A stretch of DNA of 64,000 bases from Opitutales bacterium (GCA_965226885.1 CBDDEL010000012.1:64001-128000); one strand, 5' to 3'. Shown: positions 19,450 through 30,834, counted from the first letter of the stretch. Notes: generated by a model from the sequence alone, not told the origin. Made by a program: numbers and translations.

Positions 19450-20217
19450 TTATTGTTTTGTGCCACGGCGACGGCGTCGAGCATCGCGCAAGCGGTAGCT
19501 TTGCCCGTTGGCTTCGAGGATATGCACCCGATGGGTGAGTCGGTCCAGCAGAGCTCCGGTGAGCCGTTCGGAACCGAGCACTTCGATCCAGTTCTCAAAG
19601 GGCAGGTTGGTGGTGACGATGAGACTGGTGCGCTCGTAAGCGCGGCTGACCACGTCGAAGAGCAGTTCGGAACCGGTCTTGGAAAAAGGGACGTAACCGA
19701 GTTCGTCGAGGATGAGTCGGTCGAGCCTTTCGAGTTGCTTCATGAAGCGCTGCAGGTCGTGGTTGTCGCGTTGCTCGAGCATATGGGTAACCAGGGCGGT
19801 GACCCCGAAGAAACGGATCCGCCGGCCCTGGGCACAGGCGGCAAAGCCCAGGGCGGTGGCCAGGTGCGTTTTACCGGTACCGGCGTTACCGAGGAGCAGC
19901 ACGTTTTCGCGCTGGTCGACATACTCCCCGCGCATGAGCTCTCGGATGAGCGCTTCGTTGATCGAGGGCTGCGCTTCAAAGGCGAAGCTCTCGAGGGTCT
20001 TGAGCACGGGGAAACGGGCGTTTTTGATCCGCCGCTGGGCGGCCCGCTGTTCGCGTTCAATGAGCTCCCGTTCGACCAGATGCAACAAAAAGGCGGCGTA
20101 ATCGAGCCGGTCCCGGGAACAAGCCGCGGCCACCGCCGGCCATTCGCGCAGGATGGTGGGCAACTTCAGTTTCTTGAGGTGATGGTGTAACAGCAGCTGG
20201 TTTTTTTCTTCCTTCAT
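19450..20217 (-). CDS. istB: IS21 helper ATPase IstB
   Basis: Walker A GNAGTGKTHLA, ILDELGY and ALLDRLTH. Confidence 0.93.
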   Translation of the reverse strand: MKEEKNQLLLHHHLKKLKLPTILREWPAVAAACSRDRLDYAAFLLHLVERELIEREQRAAQRRIKNARFPVLKTLESFAFEAQPSINEALIRELMRGEYVDQRENVLLLGNAGTGKTHLATALGFAACAQGRRIRFFGVTALVTHMLEQRDNHDLQRFMKQLERLDRLILDELGYVPFSKTGSELLFDVVSRAYERTSLIVTTNLPFENWIEVLGSERLTGALLDRLTHRVHILEANGQSYRLRDARRRRRGTKQ

Positions 20218-21719
20218 AAAGCCCCTCCTGGAATCTTGAGCAGTTCGCTGTAGGCACCGAGGTCAGGGGCGGCCACACGGACGTGACGCAGGTGTGGATG
20301 GCCGTCCAGCCGGAAGGTTCTGCTCCCGTAGTCTTCCTGAGGATAGAGATACTGGGCGATGGCCTCACGAGTCAGTCCCCCCACCCGCAGGGCCGAGACG
20401 ACGGCCTGCTGCAAGGCCGCCATGGGGTGTTTCTCCAACAGCCGCAGCACCCGGATATACTCCCGGGTGCCTTCGCCCCCGCATTGGCTTTCGAGCCGGC
20501 GTCTGAGGACCTGCAGGCACTGCGGCAACTGCCAGCCCGAGAGTGGGCGGGCGAAGTCCAAAGCGCCCGGTTTTTTCTCCAGCAAAGCCAGGTAGTGCAC
20601 CGGCTCGAAAGAGACTTGCTCTTTATCCCAAATGCGGCGGTGCCGGGCCACCTCTTGGCCCCCACAGAAGATCACCACCTGCCGACAGGACCCTTCCACC
20701 ACCACCGGATGGTGGGCGCAGCGCACCGGCACCGAATAGTCGTTGCACTCGAAGCGCACCAGCGAGAGGCTGCTGACGCAGGTCGAGCGTTTGCGGCTCG
20801 CTTCAAAGGGTATGGGCGGCAACGCCAGCATGACGGCGCGCTCCTCGGCCAGCAGTTCCTTTTTCACCGCCCTTTTCCCGCGTAATTTACGCTCCATGTC
20901 CCGCTCACATGCCTCCAACAGCTTTGCGTTGAGTTCCTCCAGGTCCCGAACCTGCGGTACCGGTACCAGGAAGTTGGCCCGGGCATAACGCACGATCCCC
21001 TCGACCACGCCCTTCTCGTTGGGCCGGGCGGGCAGACAGAAGTGTTCCTCGAACAGGTAATGGCTCTGTAGCTGCAGAAACCCGTCGGTCAGCTTGCGTT
21101 CACGCGAACCGATAATCTTACCCACCGCCACCTTCGAGTTGTCATAGCTGATGCGCCGGGGCACCGCCCCGAAAAACTCAAAAGCTCGCAGGTGCCCCTC
21201 CCAGAAGCTCTCCGTGCACTCCCGTTCGAACACCTGCACGAAAAAGGCATCGCTGTAGGGCAGGCTCATGGCAAAAAATGGCCGCCTACGCAATTGCCCC
21301 GCCTCCTTCACCAGGGCATGACCGAAGTCCACCTGTCCCTCCCCGGGGCGGTGCTCCAGCGGCACGAACACTTCCCGCCGCCTCGCTCGCAGCTCGGCCA
21401 CCACCTCCTTGACCGCCGTGTAGCCCCCTTGGTAGCCCTTCTCCCGACCCAAACGCTGGTAGATCCGTTTGGCCGTATGGCGCTGCTTCTTGGGCACGTT
21501 CCGGTCCGCTTTGAGCACCTCCTCGATCCAGCCCACATACGGATCGATCTTGCGCTCTCGCCTCTTCTTGCGCCGGTATCCCGGCGGCTGGGAATAGGCC
21601 AGCATCTTTCCCAGGGTCTCCCAGTGCAGTCCCTCTTCTCGCATTACAGAGCGCTTGCTCTGCTTGTCCCGCAGCACTTTGTGCCGCACTCTTGTCCATT
21701 GCTTCATATCTCGATACAC
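20214..21719 (-). CDS. istA: IS21 transposase IstA
   Basis: Motifs GQVDFG, YDNSK and NEKGVVE; ATGA overlap with istB. Confidence 0.93.
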   Translation of the reverse strand: MYRDMKQWTRVRHKVLRDKQSKRSVMREEGLHWETLGKMLAYSQPPGYRRKKRRERKIDPYVGWIEEVLKADRNVPKKQRHTAKRIYQRLGREKGYQGGYTAVKEVVAELRARRREVFVPLEHRPGEGQVDFGHALVKEAGQLRRRPFFAMSLPYSDAFFVQVFERECTESFWEGHLRAFEFFGAVPRRISYDNSKVAVGKIIGSRERKLTDGFLQLQSHYLFEEHFCLPARPNEKGVVEGIVRYARANFLVPVPQVRDLEELNAKLLEACERDMERKLRGKRAVKKELLAEERAVMLALPPIPFEASRKRSTCVSSLSLVRFECNDYSVPVRCAHHPVVVEGSCRQVVIFCGGQEVARHRRIWDKEQVSFEPVHYLALLEKKPGALDFARPLSGWQLPQCLQVLRRRLESQCGGEGTREYIRVLRLLEKHPMAALQQAVVSALRVGGLTREAIAQYLYPQEDYGSRTFRLDGHPHLRHVRVAAPDLGAYSELLKIPGGAL

Positions 21720-22230
21720 TCCTCCTTTCTAGGATAAGCGTACCGGTTTTAAAGCGCCCTCTTTACCGTACCGGTTTTTCCCCGGCGTTTACACCCGCGC
21801 CCACTTCGTCCCTTTTAAGGCTAACCGGCGCATGGCTTCCATCAAGGTGTAGGCCAGCGCCGACGCCGACAAGAGCAATCGCCACTGATTGGCCCACCAT
21901 TGATGGGCGCTGGTGCGCTCGCTGAACAATTGCATCTGTTCCTTGATTCGGTTCTCCATTTCACCGCGGCCACAGTATACCTTGTCGTAAAGCTCCTGGG
22001 GATCGCCCGGCAGGTTCGTCACCACGAAGCGCGGGTTGGACCCCTGTGCGGTGTGTTCGGCTTTATGGATGACCAACCGCAGCCATCGCCACGAATCGGC
22101 AGCATAGACGAAGTCCTGGAATAACCGTTGTTTTTTACCCCTTAGTTCGAACCATTCTTTGGCCTGCTTTTGCAACTGCTGGGCATCTTGCTGCAAGCGT
22201 GCATTGCGAGCCATCCCCACGATGTAACTA

Positions 22231-24047
22231 GAGGCTGTCCCAAAAGGGTGATTTTTGCGAGGGCTTTTGATAGGCGCTCATTCTAGAGGTATTTGCATTT
22301 GGGAGAGTATCAACTTTGCTCTCCTATGACGTTAGGATACTGGTTTTGGGGTCCGGTTGCCTGGGTTTCTTTGTATGAGCCGACAGTACGGCTGTGAAAA
22401 AGTATTGTCCTTGCTTTTCCGCTCTCTAGGCCGCCGCTTTGGTTTTTAGTTCGTCTTGCTGGGCCAGCATCTTGGCTACTTTCCATAGGTTGTGCGAGAG
22501 TACCGACCAGGCTACGCTGATCGAGCGGTTGGCAAAGCCTTTGCTGCGCAACCGCCCGGCCTGCCAGCGATTCTTCAATACCCCGATCCGCCCTTCGGTG
22601 CTGGCCCGGCGCTTTTGCAATTGTCTGAACAGTGGTTCCTCCATCCGTTTTTTCAACTGCTTCGGATCGCGTGGACAGAGCGCGTCGTAGATTCCCTCCT
22701 GGGCTAACTGCCGGCGGGCCCGCTGGGAGGCAAATCCCCGGTCCGCGCACATGGCCGCTATGGGTTCTTCCAGGTTGAAGCGGTTCTGTCTTTGCAAACT
22801 CTCTTGCATTTGTTCATTTTCGCTTGGAGTTCGGCTGCCGTAGAGTTTCCAGTCCAGCAGGTACCCTTCAACGCTTTCTCCCAAAAACAGGGTGTTGCCG
22901 AACTCGACCTCTTGGCCCGCTTTACCTCGCACAATCACCTGCCCATCGAGTTCGTAAACACTCAAGACTTTCTCTGCGTTTTTCACCTGGCGGCCGCCAA
23001 TGATCCGCTCGTGCGCCTGTTTGATGACCACCGGGATTTGCTCGCTCATGCGCTCCATCCGGGCGAGGATCTGTTGGACCTGTTTTTCGCTGTAATCGCT
23101 TTGCTCCCAGCAGGCTTGCAATAATTCCCGGTGACTGCGGGCATGCTCCCCGATCCGTTTGAGCAGCTTTTTCATCTGCCTCAAGATACCCTTGCGCTGC
23201 CGCGCGCTGTCCTTTCGCCGCCGGCTGTGGGTCATCTGTATGCACAGCCGATTCATCTGCCGAGCCAAGGGCTCCGGTTCGATCGGCATGCGATGGCGCA
23301 CACCGGCCTTCTCGCGGATCAGCCGGATCGCTTTGAGCAACGTGCCGGCTACATCCTTGAGTAATACCCAGTCCGTCGGCCAATGAATGTTAGCCTCCAA
23401 ACAGGTGCCGTCGATCAGGCAAATGGTGGGGTCAATCGGCTTGTCCAATCTCACCTGCCGGGCCAGAAGGGCATCGCCCACCACCTCAGTCAAGGTCCGG
23501 TGCAAGGCCCTCAACTGCTCTTCGCTGAAAAACTTCGAGGCCCGCTCCAGGGTGCTTTTGGAGATGCCCCTGATGCCATCGATCTGCCGGACACGGCAAA
23601 AGTCGGCCAACAGATCGCTGCTGCCCAGAGCCCGCGACAAATGCCGAAACGAAATCCCTCCGAGCAGACGGCCCAGCGTATCCATGCGCAGTGCCTTGAT
23701 GGCAAAACTGGCCCGCTGCCGCCGGGCCTTTAGACCCATTGGCGGCCACCCCTCCAAGGCCAGCTCAATGGCCTGCGATTCCACCTCCGAGTCGATCAGC
23801 AGCCGATCGATTCGATCAATGGTGGCGCGGAAGTTATCGTAATCGAGGCACCGGTCGACCACAGTTAAAGCTGGACGCAGGAGGCATTGGATGGCTATAT
23901 TTTTCATAGAAAGGGCTATATTGATTTTCGCTAACTCAATTATAGAACCCTCTTTTGGCCGGATCGAGCAAAAACTTGCTCTTTCCGGCTCTTTTTATCA
24001 ACGTCATCCAGTTGACTATAAAATCTTTATATTTTTGGGACAGCCTC
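22231..24047 (-). mobile_element. IS5/ISNCY-like insertion sequence
   Basis: IR GAGGCTGTCCCAAAA at both ends; TAACTA duplicated. Confidence 0.85.
22426..23907 (-). CDS. DDE transposase (IS5/ISNCY-like)
   Basis: Motifs IDGTCLEANIHWPTD, GKAGQEVEFG, ADRGF and RASTEGRIGVLK. Confidence 0.85.
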   Translation of the reverse strand: MKNIAIQCLLRPALTVVDRCLDYDNFRATIDRIDRLLIDSEVESQAIELALEGWPPMGLKARRQRASFAIKALRMDTLGRLLGGISFRHLSRALGSSDLLADFCRVRQIDGIRGISKSTLERASKFFSEEQLRALHRTLTEVVGDALLARQVRLDKPIDPTICLIDGTCLEANIHWPTDWVLLKDVAGTLLKAIRLIREKAGVRHRMPIEPEPLARQMNRLCIQMTHSRRRKDSARQRKGILRQMKKLLKRIGEHARSHRELLQACWEQSDYSEKQVQQILARMERMSEQIPVVIKQAHERIIGGRQVKNAEKVLSVYELDGQVIVRGKAGQEVEFGNTLFLGESVEGYLLDWKLYGSRTPSENEQMQESLQRQNRFNLEEPIAAMCADRGFASQRARRQLAQEGIYDALCPRDPKQLKKRMEEPLFRQLQKRRASTEGRIGVLKNRWQAGRLRSKGFANRSISVAWSVLSHNLWKVAKMLAQQDELKTKAAA

Positions 24048-24874
24048 TAACTAACTTCGTTGCGGTCGCACCAAGAGAGTATCCGGTCTCGACAAAATCC
24101 ACTGTCGGCGCGCCAAATAATCCGCGTACGGGGCCAGCTTTGGCGAATCCGTTTAACCAGCAATTTGAGGATGGCCCCGGCATGCTTGCTGGCATCGATC
24201 TTGCTCGGCCGCAGGTAGGCCACCAGCAGCTGATCACCGCAAAAAACATATAGCGGCAGAAAACAGTAATGATCATAATAACCGTGGAAAAAACGTCCCT
24301 CCTGGAGCCCGTGCACCGGATTGTCGGTGGCGTCAAAGTCCAGGATGATCTCTTCGGGTTCCTCGGCAAAGGAGCCCATGAACTGTTCGACCAACAGCTC
24401 GTTTACCGCAAAGGCCGCCCGCCGATCCTGCCCGTTTTCAAAACGACACAAAGTCGGCGCGCTGGCCAACGTTTCAATGCGCCCCGTTACCGTTTGCAAC
24501 AATGGATCGTGGCGCAGGGTATCAAAGTCGTTCAAATCCTCATAGCCCGCCACCAGCCCGTAAACGCGCTGCCGCAGCATCCCCAATACCTCATGGCGTA
24601 CTTTGCCCTTCTGCCGTTTGTCCACTAACTGTCGGGCCGCTCGTTCGGTCAAGCCCAACTGCCGATCCACTTCCCGGATCAAAAGCAGTCCGGCATCCGA
24701 AGTAACCTCTCCGCCCTTGAAATCAACCCGCACACGGCGGCCTTTTACCCTTGTCAACTGTAGCTTTAATTGTTTACCTTTTGTCATCGCTGATATTGCT
24801 TTAATTATTGATCTATCCTGCTGTATATCAGCAGTTAAGCATATCAACGATACTTTTTTTACGAAATATCCGGG

Positions 24875-25219
24875 CTAGGCATGAAGCCGAGCATGAGCGC
24901 CCAAGGCAACTGCTACGACAACGCGGCCATGGAATCGTTCTACGGCCGCTTCAAGACCAGCACGATTCGAGGCCGCCACTTTGCCGACGAGCGCGAACTG
25001 CGATCAACTGTCTTCGAATACGTGGAAATCTTCTACAACCGATATCGCAAACATTCCTCTCTGAGTTACCAAAGCCCAGTCCAATTCGAGGAAAATATTT
25101 GCCCCCCATGGGGGGCAACGAGAAAACAAAACCCTTTACCAAAACAAGCCGCCTGACACACTAATCAATAAACAATGAATATAAGAGAATCCCGTGTCCA
25201 ACAAATCCAGTACACGTCA
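24875..25219 (+). mobile_element. IS3-B 3' fragment
   Basis: Matches the end of IS3-B orfB from the CTAG in ELGMKP through the right IR (TACACGTCA). Confidence 0.88.
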
Positions 25220-25845
25220 TGGGCGCTGACGCCAAGATTTCTGCAGCCACATCTTCGATTAACTGTTCCATCGACAAATCGATCCTAAATTTTAAGCCAC
25301 TCACCTGAACATCTTTCTTTTTTTTGGGTTATTTTTCGAGTTTTCCTCTTTCATGGATTAGTTCACCTTATTTTCCACCTGCCTAGAATGTTAGACAGGC
25401 AACGAGCCGCCCAAATTTTCAACTACTTTGGGGCGTCGCCAGTGGACATCGTGGGATATGATTTGAAGGCGATATCCCCAGACCTCTTCACATATAGAAG
25501 ACGCCAATGTTAAACATATGGGGATTGCCCAGGGGGATTGCCCAGATGCCCGACATTACACATTAACCTCCCACAGCCAAATACTACTGGAAATTAAGGC
25601 GAAAATATCCCGGTGCCATCATCGGTTTCGCTTCAGATTTCGCGGATAATATAGCAATGAAAACGACAGAAAAGGGTCAATACAGGAATTATATGTATAA
25701 TCAAATTCAGGTTATTAAAAATAATTCAATATAAAATATCAAAAAATGTTTTTTAATATAACCATTCTTCAATCATGTGAGAAGTGCTCATTGTATAAAC
25801 AGTTAGTATTTGAGAATAAATATTGGCTTTATGTTTGAGGATGTG

Positions 25846-26461
25846 GGTAGTGTATAAAAAAAGAATGTTATTTTGTATTTTTAGCTGTACAAATAGCGTT
25901 AGGCAGTTTATTCTTAGTGCATTAGTGCATGGTTACTAAAATTATTAATTGTCGGCACTGTGGAAGTGAAAATATCATTAAATTTGGCAAGACGCCCAAC
26001 CATAAACAGCGCTACCGCTGCCATGATTGTGGTAAACAAAGCCGCGAAAACCCCACAGTGAAATACACCGAAGAGCAAAAAGAAATGATCCTTCGAGTCT
26101 ATCAGGAACGCAGCAGTCTACGCGGTTTACAGCGCGCCTTCGGGGTGAGTCCCAACACCGTTTTGAGTTGGTTAAAAAAAACGACAATCGCTGCGACCGC
26201 TCAAAAGCACGATTCTTGCGGCCCGCCGCCATGATGTCATTGAACTGGACGAACTGTGGTCTTTTGTGGGGCGCAAGAGCGATGCCCAATGGGTTTGGAT
26301 CGCTCTTTGCCGACGCACCCGTCAAATCCTCTCCTATGCCATTGGGCCTCGGGATTGGTATCGTTGCCGGGAACTTTACGAGCGTCTGCCACGGGCCTAC
26401 AAAAGATGTGCCACCTACAGCGACTTTTGGAGCACTTATGATGAAGTCTTTCCTCATAACC
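25846..26461 (+). mobile_element. IS1-family element truncated by IS21
   Basis: Starts GGTAGTG; InsA zinc ribbon CRHCGS...YRCHDCG (25929-26234), A8C slippery run, and InsB-like ELDELWSFVG...YSDFWSTY cut at 26461. Confidence 0.85.
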
Positions 26462-26634
26462 TGTAAACGCCGGGATGAAACCGGTACGGGGGTCGGGGTA
26501 AAACCGGTACGCTTGGAATAAGGTTTAGGTTAGTAATTGCAGGTACGTCAAGGTTTAGGGTTTGGGAGTTGGTTTTGGGGATTGGCTTGGGGTCGGTGAG
26601 GAGGCCGGAGGCCGACGAGCCGGGCCCAAGGCGT

Positions 26635-27402
26635 TTATTGTTTTGTGCCACGGCGACGGCGTCGAGCATCGCGCAAGCGGTAGCTTTGCCCGTTGGCTTC
26701 GAGGATATGCACCCGATGGGTGAGTCGGTCCAGCAGAGCTCCGGTGAGCCGTTCGGAACCGAGCACTTCGATCCAGTTCTCAAAGGGCAGGTTGGTGGTG
26801 ACGATGAGACTGGTGCGCTCGTAAGCGCGGCTGACCACGTCGAAGAGCAGTTCGGACCCGGTCTTGGAAAAAGGGACGTAACCGAGTTCGTCGAGGATGA
26901 GTAGGTCGAGCCTTTCGAGTTGCTTCATGAAGCGCTGCAGGTCGTGGTTGTCGCGTTGCTCGAGCATATGGGTAACCAGGGCGGTGACCCCGAAGAAACG
27001 GATCCGCCGGCCCTGGGCACAGGCGGCAAAGCCCAGGGCGGTGGCCAGGTGCGTTTTACCGGTACCGGCGTTACCGAGGAGCAGCACGTTTTCGCGCTGG
27101 TCGACATACTCCCCGCGCATGAGCTCTCGGATGAGCGCTTCGTTGATCGAGGGCTGCGCTTCAAAGGCGAAGCTCTCGAGGGTCTTGAGCACGGGGAAAC
27201 GGGCGTTTTTGATCCGCCGCTGGGCGGCCCGCTGTTCGCGTTCAATGAGCTCCCGTTCGACCAGATGCAACAAAAAGGCGGCGTAATCGAGCCGGTCCCG
27301 GGAACAAGCCGCGGCCACCGCCGGCCATTCGCGCAGGATGGTGGGCAACTTCAGTTTCTTGAGGTGATGGTGTAACAGCAGCTGGTTTTTTTCTTCCTTC
27401 AT
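26635..27402 (-). CDS. istB: IS21 helper ATPase IstB
   Basis: As in copy 1. Confidence 0.93.
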   Translation of the reverse strand: MKEEKNQLLLHHHLKKLKLPTILREWPAVAAACSRDRLDYAAFLLHLVERELIEREQRAAQRRIKNARFPVLKTLESFAFEAQPSINEALIRELMRGEYVDQRENVLLLGNAGTGKTHLATALGFAACAQGRRIRFFGVTALVTHMLEQRDNHDLQRFMKQLERLDLLILDELGYVPFSKTGSELLFDVVSRAYERTSLIVTTNLPFENWIEVLGSERLTGALLDRLTHRVHILEANGQSYRLRDARRRRRGTKQ

Positions 27403-28904
27403 AAAGCCCCTCCTGGAATCTTGAGCAGTTCGCTGTAGGCACCGAGGTCAGGGGCGGCCACACGGACGTGACGCAGGTGTGGATGGCCGTCCAGCCGGAA
27501 GGTTCTGCTCCCGTAGTCTTCCTGAGGATAGAGATACTGGGCGATGGCCTCACGAGTCAGTCCCCCCACCCGCAGGGCCGAGACGACGGCCTGCTGCAAG
27601 GCCGCCATGGGGTGTTTCTCCAACAGCCGCAGCACCCGGATATACTCCCGGGTGCCTTCGCCCCCGCATTGGCTTTCGAGCCGGCGTCTGAGGACCTGCA
27701 GGCACTGCGGCAACTGCCAGCCCGAGAGTGGGCGGGCGAAGTCCAAAGCGGCCGGTTTTTTCTCCAGCAAAGCCAGGTAGTGCACCGGCTCGAAAGAGAC
27801 TTGCTCTTTATCCCAAATGCGGCGGTGCCGGGCCACCTCTTGGCCCCCACAGAAGATCACCACCTGCCGACAGGACCCTTCCACCACCACCGGATGGTGG
27901 GCGCAGCGCACCGGCACCGAATAGTCGTTGCACTCGAAGCGCACCAGCGAGAGGCTGCTGACGCAGGTCGAGCGTTTGCGGCTCGCTTCAAAGGGTATGG
28001 GCGGCAACGCCAGCATGACGGCGCGCTCCTCGGCCAGCAGTTCCTTTTTCACCGCCCTTTTCCCGCGTAATTTACGCTCCATGTCCCGCTCACATGCCTC
28101 CAACAGCTTTGCGTTGAGTTCCTCCAGGTCCCGAACCTGCGGTACCGGTACCAGGAAGTTGGCCCGGGCATAACGCACGATCCCCTCGACCACGCCCTTC
28201 TCGTTGGGCCGGGCGGGCAGACAGAAGTGTTCCTCGAACAGGTAATGGCTCTGTAGCTGCAGAAACCCGTCGGTCAGCTTGCGTTCACGCGAACCGATAA
28301 TCTTACCCACCGCCACCTTCGAGTTGTCATAGCTGATGCGCCGGGGCACCGCCCCGAAAAACTCAAAAGCTCGCAGGTGCCCCTCCCAGAAGCTCTCCGT
28401 GCACTCCCGTTCGAACACCTGCACGAAAAAGGCATCGCTGTAGGGCAGGCTCATGGCAAAAAATGGCCGCCTACGCAATTGCCCCGCCTCCTTCACCAGG
28501 GCATGACCGAAGTCCACCTGTCCCTCCCCGGGGCGGTGCTCCAGCGGCACGAACACTTCCCGCCGCCTCGCTCGCAGCTCGGCCACCACCTCCTTGACCG
28601 CCGTGTAGCCCCCTTGGTAGCCCTTCTCCCGACCCAAACGCTGGTAGATCCGTTTGGCCGTATGGCGCTGCTTCTTGGGCACGTTCCGGTCCGCTTTGAG
28701 CACCTCCTCGATCCAGCCCACATACGGATCGATCTTGCGCTCTCGCCTCTTCTTGCGCCGGTATCCCGGCGGCTGGGAATAGGCCAGCATCTTTCCCAGA
28801 GTCTCCCAGTGCAGTCCCTCTTCTCGCATTACAGAGCGCTTGCTCTGCTTGTCCCGCAGCACTTTGTGCCGCACTCTTGTCCATTGCTTCATATCTCGAT
28901 ACAC
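27399..28904 (-). CDS. istA: IS21 transposase IstA
   Basis: As in copy 1. Confidence 0.93.
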   Translation of the reverse strand: MYRDMKQWTRVRHKVLRDKQSKRSVMREEGLHWETLGKMLAYSQPPGYRRKKRRERKIDPYVGWIEEVLKADRNVPKKQRHTAKRIYQRLGREKGYQGGYTAVKEVVAELRARRREVFVPLEHRPGEGQVDFGHALVKEAGQLRRRPFFAMSLPYSDAFFVQVFERECTESFWEGHLRAFEFFGAVPRRISYDNSKVAVGKIIGSRERKLTDGFLQLQSHYLFEEHFCLPARPNEKGVVEGIVRYARANFLVPVPQVRDLEELNAKLLEACERDMERKLRGKRAVKKELLAEERAVMLALPPIPFEASRKRSTCVSSLSLVRFECNDYSVPVRCAHHPVVVEGSCRQVVIFCGGQEVARHRRIWDKEQVSFEPVHYLALLEKKPAALDFARPLSGWQLPQCLQVLRRRLESQCGGEGTREYIRVLRLLEKHPMAALQQAVVSALRVGGLTREAIAQYLYPQEDYGSRTFRLDGHPHLRHVRVAAPDLGAYSELLKIPGGAL

Positions 28905-28978
28905 TCCTCCTTTCTAGGATAAGCGTACCGGTTTTAAAGCGCCCTCTTTACCGTACCGGTTTTTCCCCGGCGTTTACA

Positions 28979-29184
28979 GCTTCTTTGGTGGGAAATTGCC
29001 GGAGTATCCTTTTTGTGCCAGAAAATTTTACAGGAATGCAGACACGGTAGGAGCCACCAAAGTCTTCCCCGCGTGTCCGGTTAATGATTTCCGTAACAGT
29101 TATCCTGCTTCCCTTGGGGTGTTCCCACGCTTTCAAGTGCGGGATTCTTTTTCTCTTATCCGTCCTTGCTTTCATGGGCTCCAT
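28979..29184 (-). pseudogene. Possible N-terminal fragment of an integrase, cut by IS21
   Basis: Basic fragment SYRVCIP...GTKRILRQFPTKEA resembles an arm-binding domain and starts about 110 bp past the tRNA-Asp 3' end; no catalytic domain remains. Confidence 0.45.
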
Positions 29185-29292
29185 ATTGCCAAAAGGTGCC
29201 ACTTAATCAATAAAAAAGAAAGGAAAAGTTAGGACAATATTTTAGGTAATTCTCCAAAACATTGATTAACAATAGGATAGGTATTGGGAAAT

Positions 29293-29370
<78 letters not shown>

Positions 29371-29936
29371 TTTCGGTTCGGTGTGTGGAAGGCTAAAACC
29401 TATGAGTTCATTGTAGCCTGTCAAGTGGTGTTTATGAATATATTTTGGAAAATTCGCCGGAGTTTATTGAATCGGGTCGTTGGGGAAATCGGCCTTTAAT
29501 CTTGTCTTGGCAGTTGCCTGGAGCAAGATTACAGGGGAACCATGCGTGTTTCAATTTTTGGTGAAAAAATAAGGGGGTGGGTTTTAGAATCCTGAAGGTA
29601 TCTTTTCGTTATTAGGCAATTAATCTATTGAATATCAATAGATTATAGAACTATAACTTTTTTGATAAAATTATGCTTGGCCACTTTTATTGCTCTGCTT
29701 GGCCTTTTTCCACTGTTTGGAATGGCTTCAGAGACCCCCTGTAAGTTTTATTTTTTCCTGACACCCCCATCTATGAACCTGATTAACTGATTAACCTAGG
29801 GGGGGCGCCCAATTTCCCTGGTGGCGATATACGTATTAGTCAAATGCCGATCAAAATTTTTTCTGAAAGGGGGGAAAATGTATTCCTGATTTAGGTGTTA
29901 TCCATTACGGTGGAAACGGTGGAAACAAAGAACCGC

Positions 29937-30479
29937 TTACCCTCCCGTACTCAACAATTGGCGATGGGTCCATACAAAAAGGAGAAGAAAGATAAAGAAA
30001 AGGCTGAATACCAAAGGGATGAACGTAACAAGATTCTTCGATGATGTTACACGCATACATCCTTTTTGTAGACTCTCACGCCGTTCTTTGCTCTTAAGGA
30101 ATGGTCGAGGGCATCTATTTGGGAAACCTTGCTCCATCGTTTCTGCGAATTCGTGATTATCGTCAAGGTAATCGCTTGTTCGACGCCCCAAAGGGGCAAA
30201 GATAAAGCCAAGAATGATGCCCAGAATGCATGGGGACGTAAGAAGGACTGCCTTGTCCTCGAACGGGTCAATTCCCACGAAAAGTGCAACCCAGGCACCA
30301 ACTAATATGGATTCGACCACGATCAGGGTGTTGAGGCGGGTCCACCTTATTTGCTCCGAGTGTATCACCAAGGATGTCAAAACGTTGTACATTTCCGACT
30401 CTGCGACGAAATAATGATAAGGATTTTTCGTAGGCTTTTTCTCTCTCAATTCTGAATCTATATCAAATGCACGAACCAT
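29937..30479 (-). CDS. Hypothetical membrane protein (about 3 TM segments), start abutting IS3-C
   Basis: Hydrophobic segments LIVVESILVGAWVALFV, CILGIILGFIF and FIPLVFSLFFIFLLLFVW. Confidence 0.65.
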   Translation of the reverse strand: MVRAFDIDSELREKKPTKNPYHYFVAESEMYNVLTSLVIHSEQIRWTRLNTLIVVESILVGAWVALFVGIDPFEDKAVLLTSPCILGIILGFIFAPLGRRTSDYLDDNHEFAETMEQGFPNRCPRPFLKSKERRESLQKGCMRVTSSKNLVTFIPLVFSLFFIFLLLFVWTHRQLLSTGG

Positions 30480-30567
30480 TATGATGTGACCGCCGAAAAT
30501 GATGTGACCGCCGAAAACACTACCATTGCCAGTGAGAGTCTTTCTGGAGAAATTACCGGAAAGACCT

Positions 30568-30834
30568 ATGAAGCAAAAAAGATACACCCCTGAACAAATC
30601 ATAACGATACTGCGCGAAGTAGACGCAGGCAAAGGCATTCAGGATGTCTGTCGGTCCCACAATATCAGTCCTCAAAGCTACCATCGTTGGCGTAAAAAGT
30701 ATGGCCGCATGGAGCTGCGTGACGCCAAGCGGCTGAAGGAGCTGGAGCGAGAGAACACACAGCTTAAGAAGATTGTAGCCGAGCAGATGCTGGAGAACCG
30801 TGTGCTCAAGGAGGTGAACGCAAAAAAATGGTAG
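30568..30834 (+). CDS. IS3-C OrfA
   Basis: As at 12045-12311. Confidence 0.9.
   Translation: MKQKRYTPEQIITILREVDAGKGIQDVCRSHNISPQSYHRWRKKYGRMELRDAKRLKELERENTQLKKIVAEQMLENRVLKEVNAKKW

Larger units (their letters stand above)
19277..21793 (-). mobile_element. IS21-family element, copy 1
   Basis: Ends TGTAAACGCCGGG; 6-bp TSD CCCGCG; repeated AAACCGGTACG subterminal motifs. Confidence 0.93.
18950..24874 (-). mobile_element. IS1380 copy 4, interrupted by IS21 and an IS5/ISNCY-like element
   Basis: Both IRs present with CTAG on both sides; transposase in three pieces (24048-24787, 21794-22230, 19125-19276). Confidence 0.9.
26462..28978 (-). mobile_element. IS21 copy 2 (no TSD)
   Basis: Near-identical to 19277-21793; the two flanks are unrelated. 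Confidence 0.92.

Noticed and set aside
25896..25906. GTTAGGC as an attC R' box
   Set aside because: It lies inside the IS1 left region with no matching R'' box or palindrome.
29937..30638. 233-aa version of the membrane protein
   Set aside because: The N-terminal extension is read from the IS3-C left end, including the 18-bp duplication (FGGHII twice).
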